A stretch of 64,000 nucleotides of DNA from Phoronis australis (lineage: Eukaryota; Animalia; Phoronida), in assembly GCA_002633005.1 (NCBI GenBank), contig NMRA01000387.1, forward strand, positions 297,017 through 361,016, given 5' to 3'. The notes beneath the pieces were generated by a model. The model did not search any database. It saw nothing but the letters and a program-made list of their open reading frames with translations, and had not been told where the DNA came from. Within the stretch, counting starts at the first letter, position 1. Each line of letters starts with the position of its first letter. The translations under genes and the position numbers were made by a program. Below are positions 1 to 12,900 of the stretch, piece after piece.

Positions 1-78
1 ATGGGGTTTCCAATTATGACTTAGTTGAAGGTGCCCTTTCCTTTGAGGAAACATGAAATTCAATTGTCTCTTTTTCAG

Positions 79-989
79 ATTTTAATTTTTTGCTGGAATT
101 TGCTCAAGATTTGCCCAATGATCTGTTGGATTCAGACAACCTGGCAACAAGCAATGGACCGATGAGCTCAAGCCAAGATCAAAGTGAAGGACAGTCGGGC
201 ACTCAGCAGAATCAACAGCAGACACAGCAAAATATTTCATTGAACAATTCACAAAAGCAACCATTGGTGAAAGTGAATGACAAGCATCAAAACTTATCAG
301 CATTGCTTTCTGCCAATGACTCTCCACAGCCCCCTACGAACTCAAGTCCCCAGCCTAGCCACAATTCAGTGACGAACACATCACAGAATCAAAATAGTGT
401 CGGTAATAGCCTGAACTTACAGTCACCACCTATGTCCAAGAATGTCTCTGCATTGGCCTCATCCACCCCATTCAGCGCAAACAATGCCAGTGGTGATATC
501 GTCAATGTAAGTCTTGGTGGGGGAAATATGAACTCGAGCAGTGGTTCGTTCAATATGGTCAGCGGAACTATGAGTATGAGTAGTGTAACGGGTGGCATGA
601 GCCTACCCAACAGTTTACCCATGACGAGCATGAACACTAGCCTGCCCATGGCTATGAGTGCTGGGAATAATATAAATTTGTCTGTCAACACTCGTCCTAT
701 CATGAGCAGTGGCGGTGGTCCCATGGGTATCCCAAATCAGCCGACACCCCTGCAGCAGGGGCCACTAATGAATGGACCCCAGATGAACGTGACCTATCCA
801 TCCGCAGCTCTCAGGATGGCGAGGGCCAATGCAATGAACCCCAAATCTTCACAAGAAGGCAATATTTTACGTAACGCTCTAGGGCAGCCAACAGGTGCTA
901 GCCAACCCATGGCTCCGATCCGCCCCCCGGTTCCCCAGCCCCAACCACCACCACCACCACCACCACAAGCTGTACCTCAGGGACCAAGG
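79..989 (+). CDS. CREBBP: CBP exon: N-terminal DLPNDLL motif and low-complexity S/N/M/P region
   Basis: Acceptor tttttcag at 71-78; [17 protein letters not shown] resembles the CBP N-terminal DLENDLPDEL motif; donor gtgagt at 990. Confidence 0.85.
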
Positions 990-3900
990 GTGAGTAGATA
1001 ACATATGACTAATTTGATCAGCTTGCCCTGTTTTAAAATATTTTTCCAGCTTTGTGATGCTGGAAATGTTTGGCTTCATTATTGTTGAGTTCTGTGTTTG
1101 CAGAGATAGCTATTTTATTAGAAAGCGTAAGAATGTCTGAGAATGGATGACGGATTTTTTTTCCATGTTTCATGCAGTTTGCTGCTCTCTGACCTATTTT
1201 TAACAATTTGTGACCTTACAGGGTCATGTGGTCACTCTGTAGTGTACTCTTTGCATTCACAGAATCAGAATCTGTGATGATCATTCATACCTATTTTAAT
1301 GTGACACTACGACCTGTTTGCCAGCTCTCGCAACACGTTTGAATGGCCCGCCCCAGTTTGAATGACCCTCCGACACATTTGAATTTTCAGTTGTGAACGC
1401 TGCTTGGTGCTGTTTGTAAATAGAAAATTGTCATCATGTTCCTCTGTGTTGCTTTACTGCTAAAACATGTAGTTATAAAGTAGGTAAATGTGCACTGAAG
1501 ACTCTGTGATGCTGCGGACACATTTGCACAATAAAGAACATCAACTAGTGTACTCTTCCGGCATGTTTCTTGGCCTTCGTACGTTTACAACACATTTAGG
1601 TTCCCAGTTGTGGAGAACACTATTAAGCCGAATTCCACTATTTTCAATCTAAGTTTAGTTTAGCATATTTTTTATTATTTCGGCAGGTCAGTTAGCCAAA
1701 TTTTTCCCAATAGTACTACGGGCCAAGTGGGGTCAATAACTTCTGAAAACATGAACTCTAGTGCAATCTTGTTTTATTCCAGTTTGAAGGTGACAATTAT
1801 TGGCCTTGATTGCAACATGTTGTGCCATTTCCTTTAGGATGGTTTACCTGTTGTTATCATTTATGACATGATGAGACCTCAGATATGGGTTTTCTTTGTA
1901 GTAGGTACACTGTTCCAACTGGAAGCCATGTTAGACTGGTTGTTTACAGTTGTACCACACTGGACTGCTAGGCACCTTTCTTTGTTCAGTTTCTTTGTCT
2001 TGTATAGAAAGTGTTCCCTAATCTGTCCCACCGACTGAACTGTCCTGATTTATTGATTTATTGACAGTTCTAGAGTGATATGATAATTTCCTTATATATG
2101 TTACAGCAATCTTTTGGTTTTGTTAATTTGACCCAGTTTCATTGAAGGTTAGCACACAAAGCTCAATTCTAAAGTATTGAGGATAAGTATTAATTTCATT
2201 CTGACTAGCAGCATTGCCTGAAGTTCAAAATGTGTTAATAGTAGAGAATCCGTAGAAAGTTAACTGTTTTCCAATAAACTTAAATATTTATGAAGCTTTT
2301 GTCTTGTGAAAATAGTTTGTTTCATTTCCATTTTCAGTCTCATTATATAGAGGATCATTTTAGTTGTTAATATCTGATAGACTTGTGGATGCTTGCCCAA
2401 TTCTTATCTGAGAGATCTTAACTTCATTGTAATCATGTGGTCTTCTGCACGCTTGAAGTATTTTTTCCATTCATGTAAAATTTAAGATACAGAAGATGAA
2501 TACTATTCCCACCCCACTCATCCCAGAGTTCAATTGAATTTTTTAATCGCGTATGGGAAATTCATTGAGGTTCTGGTTTCTTTGTATTTTTCAGTGAGAT
2601 TATTGTGGTTAGGGCCCTTGACATCTCGAACTTGAGGCTAAATTTCAGCCTCATTGGCTCATTCCCTTCTGAAAAATAATTTATAAATCGTGGGAAATTG
2701 TCTCATCACGCCAAAAAAATCTACATTGATAAAACTTACCATAGAGGTACACATGCACTCAGTGTCAGAAGGGTTTCCCTTACGGTGGTCACTGATACAT
2801 TTATCTAAGGACAGCCAGGGCTCTGACAGGTAGCAGAGTTCAGAAAATAAATACCGTACTATAGTGCAACACAAACAGTACCGTACTGTTTGTGTTGCAC
2901 TATGGGCATGTCCCTGTTGTAGAAATATGTTGTCAGTTTTGGTATTGTGCCACTCGGAGCATGTTTTACCCATCACATAGTAAAGATGCTCTATTTGTCT
3001 TGCATCAAAGTTACTAAGTTGTCAGTGCCATTTCCTACACTTTAGGGTTAAAAGGATATTTCTTGGTTGTGATCACTAGAGTTTATTGTCCTGGTGTTTA
3101 TTATTGTCATTTCTCAAAAACCATACACGTTTTAGTGTATCGTCAGCAGCAAACTTAAAGTGGGTCGGGTCTGCATACTGAATATTCTCATATTATGCCC
3201 ACATTCTACGTTGATTTGTTTGGATTTTGCGTTATCCTTGAACTGATAGCGTTACATTAGGTAGCTGAAGGGAGTGGTGGACAAGGTTAAATATCACGTG
3301 GGGGGAACCTTATTTTTTATTTGATGTTATACCTTTGGTACTTGTGCAGCCGGCCGGGGCAGTGACAGCCGACCCTGAGAAACGTAAGCTCATCCAACAG
3401 CAACTGGTGCTGCTGCTGCACGCTCACAAGTGTCAGCGACGGGAGACCAACGGAGAGGTGCGTACCTGCACGCTTCCGCACTGTCGAACCATGAAGAACG
3501 TGCTGACACACATGACAACATGCAACATGGGCAAGACGTGTAAAGGTGAGTCGGGCGTGCTGTGACCTTCTTAGCTGTTGGTAATATAAGGGGAGGGGGG
3601 TGAAGCTGCGTTTGTTTGGAGTATTATTTAGTTAAAAACCTTATACAGTTAACATGTCTGATGATCATAATTGTCATCATGGCCCATGTTTTTAAGTAAA
3701 TTGTCTCTTCATTTAGCAACAGTGTATCCAGACATTCTTGGTTTCGACTTGTTGCTGAATACCTGGAAAATGACTAAACAAATTTCTATGCATGGGAAAC
3801 TCCTGTTAAATCAAGGAAGGCTTCATTGTGATGACATGTATTGGTTTATGTTTGATGGCAATCATTACCAAAATGTCTACTGAAAGCATGTTTTGGAAGT

Positions 3901-6900
3901 CATAAAAATGTAAACAATGTGAGTGGAAACCCTGGCAATAGTTTCAATTTTTCAGGTAGCTAGCAGATTTTGTGCATAAAGTTCACCCTGTCTAGAGACA
4001 CTAGTTTTTCTTGATGGTGGTCAGAAAACGGGGCGGAATTCACGAAACTGAGGTTTTGAACAGGATGTATTTATGTCTGTGATCGATTCCAGACTTTTAT
4101 GCTTTGTAATTTCTGAAAATTGAAAGTAATCCATCAAAAAACTATTGCTGGAGACCAATTCCAGCCACAACTCTTTCGATTATCACTTTGCACTAGACAA
4201 GTACTGTAGTTACTGTAATAAGTGCCCTTGTACTTTAAGCGCCACCCCAACTGGATTCGAATTTCATAAATGCAGTCGTCCTTTGTTTCGGTTCAACAGA
4301 CGAGATAAAACTGATATATGACTTTACAATATGACCTCAGTCTTTCTGTTAATGCTGATGATCTAATTGATGTGATTGCACAAAATTTCCATGCTTCCAC
4401 CCTGTATACAGTATTAATTCTTTACCATTTACAACCCACTTCAAACTTCCACTGTTGTTTCAAAAAAAAAGGAATTACCAATACCACACAATTTCTTGTT
4501 GACCAATCGGAGATACACATGTTTTGATGGCATCACAAGGAATCGCTGCTTATTAACCATTGCATCTGATTTTGATAGTAACTAATTCCAATTTAGCCAT
4601 CTGTGGTGTTGAATGTAGGTTAATTTTTTTACCAATTTAGTGGTCTGTTGCAGTAAAAGGATATGAAATGTACTGAAAACTGGAAATGAATGCAGTTTGG
4701 TGACAACATTCTCACCAATTTAAGCTCCCTTTGTGCGACCTTCCCAAATGTCCCGGGCAGTTATTAGGGCAAATATGGCAATTGTACATTCTTTCTGAAG
4801 GTGGCACTATATTTTTCTTGTTTCTGACCATCAACGAGCAATTATGCCTGGCAGCAAGTTATCGGTGAAATAGAGCAGCGAGAAAAAGGCAGCACCTAGA
4901 ACATTTTATGCTGACCATGTGGCTTTGTTTTGTCAGCATCCAGTAGACATTTCAAGAATTGTCTCAAACAAAGGTCATGTTAAAACCAATGACTTGTCAT
5001 TTACTAATTTTGAAATTATAAACGGACATGGTCGATTTACACAATATATCTAAGGGATGGCTGTGTTGGTTACAGTTGCGCATTGCGCGTCGTCAAGGCA
5101 AATAATCTCACATTGGAAGAACTGTAAGCGCAACGACTGTCCAGTGTGCCTGCCCCTGAAGCAGGCCCCAGACAAGAGGAACGCAGGTAATGAGGACTTC
5201 TTTACACGCAGTGAGTACAATTACTACATGTCCTGCATGCTACTGCCAGCCCTGCCTGTCTCTGTGTCTACACATGTCCCGGTCAACTTGGAGGGGGTGT
5301 GGGCTACTAGTATCCGTGATTTCCGTGTCTCGTGGGTATTCTACTGTCCAAGTCTGCTGCTGGTTGCTTTGTGGATCCTAACTTTTCCGTGTTTGCTGAT
5401 AGTCCATTAAAATTCTGTTTTACCTTTTTTCTTCTAGCTGTGTTGTAACTTATTGACGACACATTGAAAGACTCTTTCACCCAGCCAGCGCCTAGACAAC
5501 GCACTGGTTGTTGACTTTCTCTCAAAAGTGATGGCTTTCAAATGCCTTTATTTTCTCCTCGTCAGAAAATTGTCCTTTAATCATGAGTTTCTAGTTGAGC
5601 CTATTTGCTTGAAGTGGTGTTCCCACTTACCATTCATGGTTGTTAGAATTCTGTCGCAGGAAAATTTAATTTACGTGTTCATCTGGTAAATCTTGACTGC
5701 TGTGAATGGAACTTGGAAGTTCTTTGATTACCATCTCGGCGTTGAAAGCTTAGTGTTATTGCAGAGCTAAACACCTACTTTTGGTGATTTTGACTGTTAG
5801 GTAGATAGAGATGCGTCTTTCATTGGGTTCTTGGTGAAACACAGCATTAACCTTAAACATTCACTCAATTATTATGCACCCGCATATGTATGTGTGGGCG
5901 CATGTTATCGTCATCTCTGTGTGGTGGTCCGCTGCTATATTCTGGATTTTAATGTGATTTGGGAGAAGTGTTCCTATTAAGCTGCCAACGGGTAACAGAT
6001 GGTGGTAACGTTTTTTTTTTTGTTGTTTTTTTTAGTCCTACCGATTTTTGTCGGCGAAAGGTTCACATCTCAACTATTTCAAGGCTGGGTAGCGCGCATG
6101 TTTTAGGCCGTAAAAGTTTCCGCGTTTTTTGTCATTGGTCATTCCAAGCCCTGCTGATGACAGATAACGATGATTTTCAGACTGACCCGAATACCGCTGA
6201 GACCACTGGGGATAATTTTAGTTTGTTACGTTTGCCTCTATATCTTCCAAGTCCCTTGATGGATTTTCATGAAATTCGGCAAATGGGTTTTTAATACGGA
6301 AGCGATGGAATTCCATTTTCGGATGGATTGGACAGATTTTACACCACGTATTGAACATTTTTGTTATTTTTCCGCCTGTTTTCTGGCATCCGCCTCTCTA
6401 TCTGCTATAGCGCTCAAAGAAAAGTTACAGGTGTGTTACTGATGAAAAGGCAACAACTAATGTTGAGTTTCGGACGGGTCCGACTACTGTGTTGCCCCCA
6501 TGTGTGTCTGAGGCTGAATCTCCATAACCCTTTGAAGGAGCTTTATCAAATTTGAAAGATGTATTCCTATGGAGCCGTCGACAAAGAGTAATGAGTGTCG
6601 AACTGATCCAGATACCACTGTACCCCCAAGTGGCAAATTTTTTTACGTTTGCCTTTGTATCTTCAGATTTCATTCAGTTATGTGTTTTCATGAAATTTGG
6701 CAAATAGGTCTCCTATTAAGGAGATGACTACACCTTCCATTTTCGGGCAGGTATGTTTTTTGCCCCATGTGGTGGCCATTTAAAAATTTTGCATATGTTT
6801 TTTACTTCTGCCGCTCTATCTGCCAAACCACTCAAAGGTCGATGATGAACATTGACTGTTGTGTTCCTAATGTGAAGACCCTGGCTGACATGATTTTCGA

Positions 6901-9900
6901 TTGTTTTTGACTATTCTGGCACCCCAATACAGGCACTTTTGCTTTTTTTGCATCTAGGGCTGTATCTCCCTAACCTTTTGGAGGATCTTTGCGATATTTG
7001 GCAGACGGACTTGTATCGAGATGGCAACAAATGGCTATGAGTTTCAGACCAATCGGACCATAGCTTAGCCCCCTTATGTCAATTGTTTTTTACTTCACTC
7101 ATGCTAATGGAATTTGGCAAGTAGTTGTGTATTACAGAAACCACGCCACCTTCTTAATTCGGATGGGTTTGACGCATTCTGTGCCAACTAATGGCCATTT
7201 TTATGATACTAAAAACACCCATAGAAGCACATTGTTTGCGGTGCTATGGTGGGTACATTTCAGAGCTTCCCATTTCTCTTGTTTACTTTGGTTTTGGTGT
7301 CGACCTCTATATCTGCCAGACTGCATTTGTTTGTGTATCTTCGGAGTTGTGTGACAGTTTTCATGAAATTTGACAAATAGGCTTTTACTGTGGAGATGAC
7401 ATCACCTTTCTATTTCAAATGAATTTTACTTATCCTGTGCCACCTAGTGGCCATTTTTTATTTTCAATTTTTGTCATTTGTCTCTATCTACCAAACCACT
7501 CAGAGGATCATTATGAAAACTGGCAGATGTGTTTTTGTTGACAAGAGCACAATTGACATTGGTTCTTATGACAGCTGTGACTACTGTGGTGCCCCCTTTG
7601 CTTGATCTGTGACTGAAGGACCTTTGTTATGAACTGATGTACTGATCTGACTACCAATGTGCCTCCTAGTGGTAATTTGGTTTTTGTTGGCTACTATGTT
7701 TGTAGTTCATGGACAGATTTTCATGAAATTTGGGAAATCGCTAATAAACACATCTAGAAACATGTTTGCGATGCAGTCACGGGCGCATTTCAATGCGTGG
7801 CATTCCCCTTCTTTGTTAAAAGTTTGAAAAGATGTGAATTTTCTTTTGGTTGTTGCTGTAATGTTTCTAATGCTCCAACTTCTGTTCAGCTGGTGTGCTG
7901 TTAAGTTTGTGCCTGTCACCTCGTAATTGTTATTGTGATTTCTTGTGACAGTAGATTGAATGCTCTAAATGTGTTCTATAAAGTGAGTCTTGATCCCACC
8001 ATCTTACTGGTTTAATTTACAAGAGAACGTGTCTGTATAAAATTACAGACTTCTATATGAATTAGTTATCTTCCAATGCTGGACTGAGTGTCGATGTTTC
8101 TTTTTTTCTGCTTCAGCCATTCAACAGATGGCTGCTGGCCACAACATTGTCCCATCAACACAGAACTCTGGTCCGGCCCCGGTTGATATGCAGAAGGCCT
8201 ACGCTGCCCTTGGTCTACCCTACAACCCGCAAGGCGGCACTTATCTTCAGACCTCTCAGGTCCGCCCAGCGACTTCCACCATCCAGTGTAAGTTTTGCGC
8301 ATCTTTGACAGTACAAACATATTAAAGCTTACTAAGTCTTAAGTAATTCTTACTGCTACGTTTTTAAACTGCATTTCCCAGTGCCATTAAATTTAGAGGA
8401 TACTTATAATGTGGGGTGCAATCTCTAAAATGCTCTTGTGTCGTTATTTGTTGGTTGATTATTATGAAATTTTCAGAATAAGATGTGCACATGTTGTTAT
8501 ATGATATTCTTAGTGTATGACATCATGGTTGAGACAGGTGTTCGTACGCTGGGTAGAGTGTTCAAGATTTCTGGCGAAAAATCACTGTTATTGGTAAATG
8601 AATGGTTTTTGTTGAAATTCATAACATGCCTGCCCTGATATATACCTCATCTCACTTTTGACATTTCAAACTCAGACCACGACTCTGAATCTTGGATTTA
8701 AGACCGTTAAACCATGACGGTGATCAGTTTAGATGCCAATGCACCAACCGTAATCAAGAAACGACTTTTGGGATTTGGTCAAACTGTCTTCCTGTCGTTT
8801 GCCAATGTTGTTAAACTATAGTTATTACCCATGAAATTGAGCATTAACTGGGTCAAGAATGGGAAAGCACCCTAGTTGCATATTGGAGTTCTATTAGTGG
8901 CAAATTGTTGATATCTGTTAAGTTTCTGAGTGGTTCTTTGAAATTTGGTTTTTATGTTTCAGTTAAGAGTACACCTGATGTTAATTTAGACGAGCCTGAT
9001 TAGTGTAACATCTCTTAGTAGCTATTTAGGTTTTCTCTTTTGCATGGCTCTGTATTTATCAAGTGTTCATGAAATTTGGCAAAAATTATCAGTTAATGTC
9101 TTGCCTTGTTTCAGATGGATTTTACTTAAAGCTGAGCCCCACAGTGGCCTTTTATTTTATATATTACATTATATGAAAGAACCGATAGAACCATACAGTT
9201 TACTATGCAGCACTGGGCACCTTTCAATGCTTGGGGCTTCTTTCTTAAATATCAGAACAGCCCTGGAAACCACTATTGCTTTATATGTGTCATTGTAGAT
9301 TTCGTTTCTCTTTATGAAACCCTTAAAGTGATATCGGCAAAATCATCCCCAGCATGAAATCGAACATGAAGTTCTCGTTTTGCTGTCAAACGATTTTCTA
9401 GCTAAGCTAACTAGAATGACTGGACTATAAGTTGCACGCAGTAAATGGCAGAGTACTTTAAGTTTGTAATACAGTCACAAAATCATAATGAATTTTGCTG
9501 TTTTATAGTTCTGGTGAAAGTTAACAACTTCAAAAAGTCTCCCATTCTACAACAATCTCAAAAATGCATTTCTCTGGTATAAAAACGTTAGTGTTCCTTT
9601 AAAAATCTTCAGTACTTTTTCCTGGAAAATTGATGTTCGATGTTAAAAGCTAGGCTTGAAAAGTTGAGGCATGTTTCCTGTTTCTGTCTTGCAGCAAGCG
9701 TAAGTCAAGCTCTTGGCGTCACTGGGACTGCTTTCAATGGCCCTGTCAACCCCAATACTCTCCTGCCACCCGAGATTGGTGGCAGTCCACAGCCGCAGCA
9801 ACAACAGCTGGCCAACAGTGGCTTCGGCGGACTGAATGCTGTTCTGTCTGGTGGCTTGCCAGACGGTAGTCAGAACATTGCGCAGTCAAACCGTGGCACC

Positions 9901-12900
9901 AAAGAATGGCACCAGCACGTTACCCAGCACTTGAGAAACCACTTGGTTCACAAGCTGTAAGTTTTTTCAGACATTTGAGTTTCGACATGCGAAGGGCCCT
10001 GTTCAGTGTCCAGGTCCGTTCTTCATTATCTACCGTTCTGTGTTGCATCTTCACTTGTTTAATTTTGGGCAGACTAGGTGAATTCTGTGCCACATTGTGA
10101 CTTTTTCTGTGGTCTCGTTTCTATATATATGCAACCGTGTAAAAGACAGTTGTGAAGCTAAGCTTTTATGTTTGTACTGGGGATGGGACAGCAACCTTAG
10201 AAATTTTCAAAGGCCTTGGGTGTTGACTTTGCCTTCTTCGTATAGTGCCACCTACACTGAAGAAGAAGGCACAGTCAACACAAAAGCCTTCGAAAATTTC
10301 TACCGATTTTTAAGGTAAACCCTTGGTTACTTTAGTAGGTTTGTGAAATATAACACGTCAGTTTTCATTACACCTAAAACAGCACCCCCTAATTTGTGGC
10401 TTTGACTTATACTTTGGTACCTGCTAAACTAATTGATGTCCTTGGAATTCAGATTTTTGACAATTTGCTTTGCACCCCGTAAAGGCTATTCTAAGTTTAT
10501 TACCATTGTTCCCTTTAATGGAAATGTTAAAAATAATGATCATCCCTTGTATCTGTGCTGTATGCGTTGCATGCAGAAAGCGAATGTCAACGCCTGCATT
10601 GCTCTTGTACTTTTTGATATTTCTTTTCCGTTGTTTTTTGTCAAAATGGCTTCACAAATTTTTCTGATAAACAGTGACAGAGAGGTATATGGCAGATATT
10701 CCAGGTGTGGTTAACATGCAGCTTTGATAACATAGTGGTCAAATTAGTATGATTACATGAAACTTTTAGGAACCTTTTTAACCATATGTTTCGTGCAGCA
10801 GTTGTGGCTGCATTTCAGCTCTGCGTTGCTCTTTTGAAAGGCTACGAGCATTCTGAAAGCCAGAATTCTTTAAGATCCAACGTGTTAAATATGACTACGT
10901 ACCCTAGTGCTGTCACTTGTTAAAAAGGTCTTCTGTGTTGCATAGTTTTAGGTTTTTGCCTGTGTTTTCTGCAGTTTTTTAGTGTTGTTCTCGAGGCGCG
11001 TCACTGTTACCAAATGCATTTCAACCTTTGCTCATTCGTGTGCAGGGTGCAGGCCATCTTCCCGACTCCAGACCCATCGGCGCTGAAGGACAAGCGAATG
11101 AGCAGCCTGGTGCAGTACGCGCGTAAGGTAGAGGGCGACATGTATGAGACGGCCAATAGTAGAGAGGAGTACTACCACTTGCTGGCCGAAAAGATCTACA
11201 AGATCCAGAAGGAGTTGGAAGAGAAAAAGCTGAAACGGCTGAAGGAGACGCAGGGTTCGGTTGGTGGAGGGGGTCCTCTGCCCGCTGCCACGGGGCTTCC
11301 CACCCCTGCCATACGGCCGCCTGTAAAGAGTGAGTAATTGAGTGACGCCTTGTTTCTGTATAGACAATTTACAGCTGTCATCCATTGGCTAAATTCACTT
11401 TGAAGGTGTAATTCAATATGAAGTAATTAAATTTTATTGCAATTTAATTTGATTTAATTTAATTTGATTTAATTTAATTTAATTTAGTTTAATTCTGTTA
11501 TTATCGTTAAAGTTTGATATCAAGCTTTTTATTGGTGTTCCACAAAGGTTAATAAGTGTGTGTGAGTTCTGCTCTCTTAATTGGCATATTTTTATTGTGC
11601 TGTGCCTAGATGTGATGCAAATCTGAGTTATTTTATACAAGTCCCAAGCCGTGCCATGTTGCATATTACTTACAAGTATTTTACACAGTGTTACGAGGGT
11701 CACACTGTGGAAGGATGAAGTAACATTCAGATACTCTGATTGCTCAGGCCAGAATCATTAGGCATTCGATGGGTTGGATTTGAGAAATGACAAAATATTC
11801 TACTCAATTGAGATGACCTGTGGTTATGTGAGGGAGGGGTTGTAGTACTTATGATGCCCCAACAGTAGTTCATTAATCCATTCATTTGTGGCTTATTTAC
11901 GCAGATGGTCCTCTGCTGGGCAGTCTGACAGCTGGCCCACGTCTACCTGGTCCCATGTCCAACTTGCCAGATCAATTCAACATGTCGCCAGCCACTCCGA
12001 TGCCACGAATGCCGGTGCCAAGTCCCATACGTGCTATGGCTCCGAACTCATCTAGCAATCAGGTAATGCATTGTCCACGATTGTATGTCTTCTCAGAAAT
12101 TAAGTGGCTGTTTCAGTTACTAGAGCAACTGTGGAGTCTGTATCATGTAAGTTGATGTAAGACTTGAAGTCGCATATTTGGTCATGCGCTTCACCCTGAA
12201 TCTCACTTGAGCAAAAGTGCCAAGTCTCTAATAATATAAACATTAACTGCTTGTTACTGGGATGATTTCTATAGCAATTGGCCGAGTCCGTTTTCAACAA
12301 TTGTGAAGTAGTTTCAAATTTCTGTGCTAAGTCTTAACCTACTCTCATGAAACAGACCAGGAAAGGGACTTGTCTAAATCCAATGAGCTATGAAATCGGC
12401 AAATGAGAGGGAGATTTGTTGACGAGAATAAATAGATTTTTCATTTACACAAGTAAGTAACGTTGGTGAATGTTCTCAGCAGTTTAATTCAGCTTTTATT
12501 CACTTGACCTGTTTATTAGATTGGTGCTGCCGGAAATGGAGGTGCTCCAGTGACAGTCACGTCGGCTCTGCAAGAGTCGCAGAAACAGCTGCAGGAGGCT
12601 TTGAAGAAACAGGTCCGTACTAGTTATTGGCAATCCCTTGTTCTTCTTCGTACTGTGCAGCGCTTGAAACAAGTGAAAATGTCCGTTCGAAAGTACGAGT
12701 GACGTCATGTTTGCCACTATTATTTCCGGATTTGGCTAATCAAATGTGGTGTCAAAAAATTCTGGCAAATGTTCGCTCAGCACGCAAATTTTACTTTTTC
12801 GTTCTTTTTTTTGTGCGTTAGCTCTCACTTATGTCGAGCCTTGCTGTGCATTGTTCCTGTGTAATAGCCATTTGTCTTGTTCAGCTGACAATCTTTTCTT

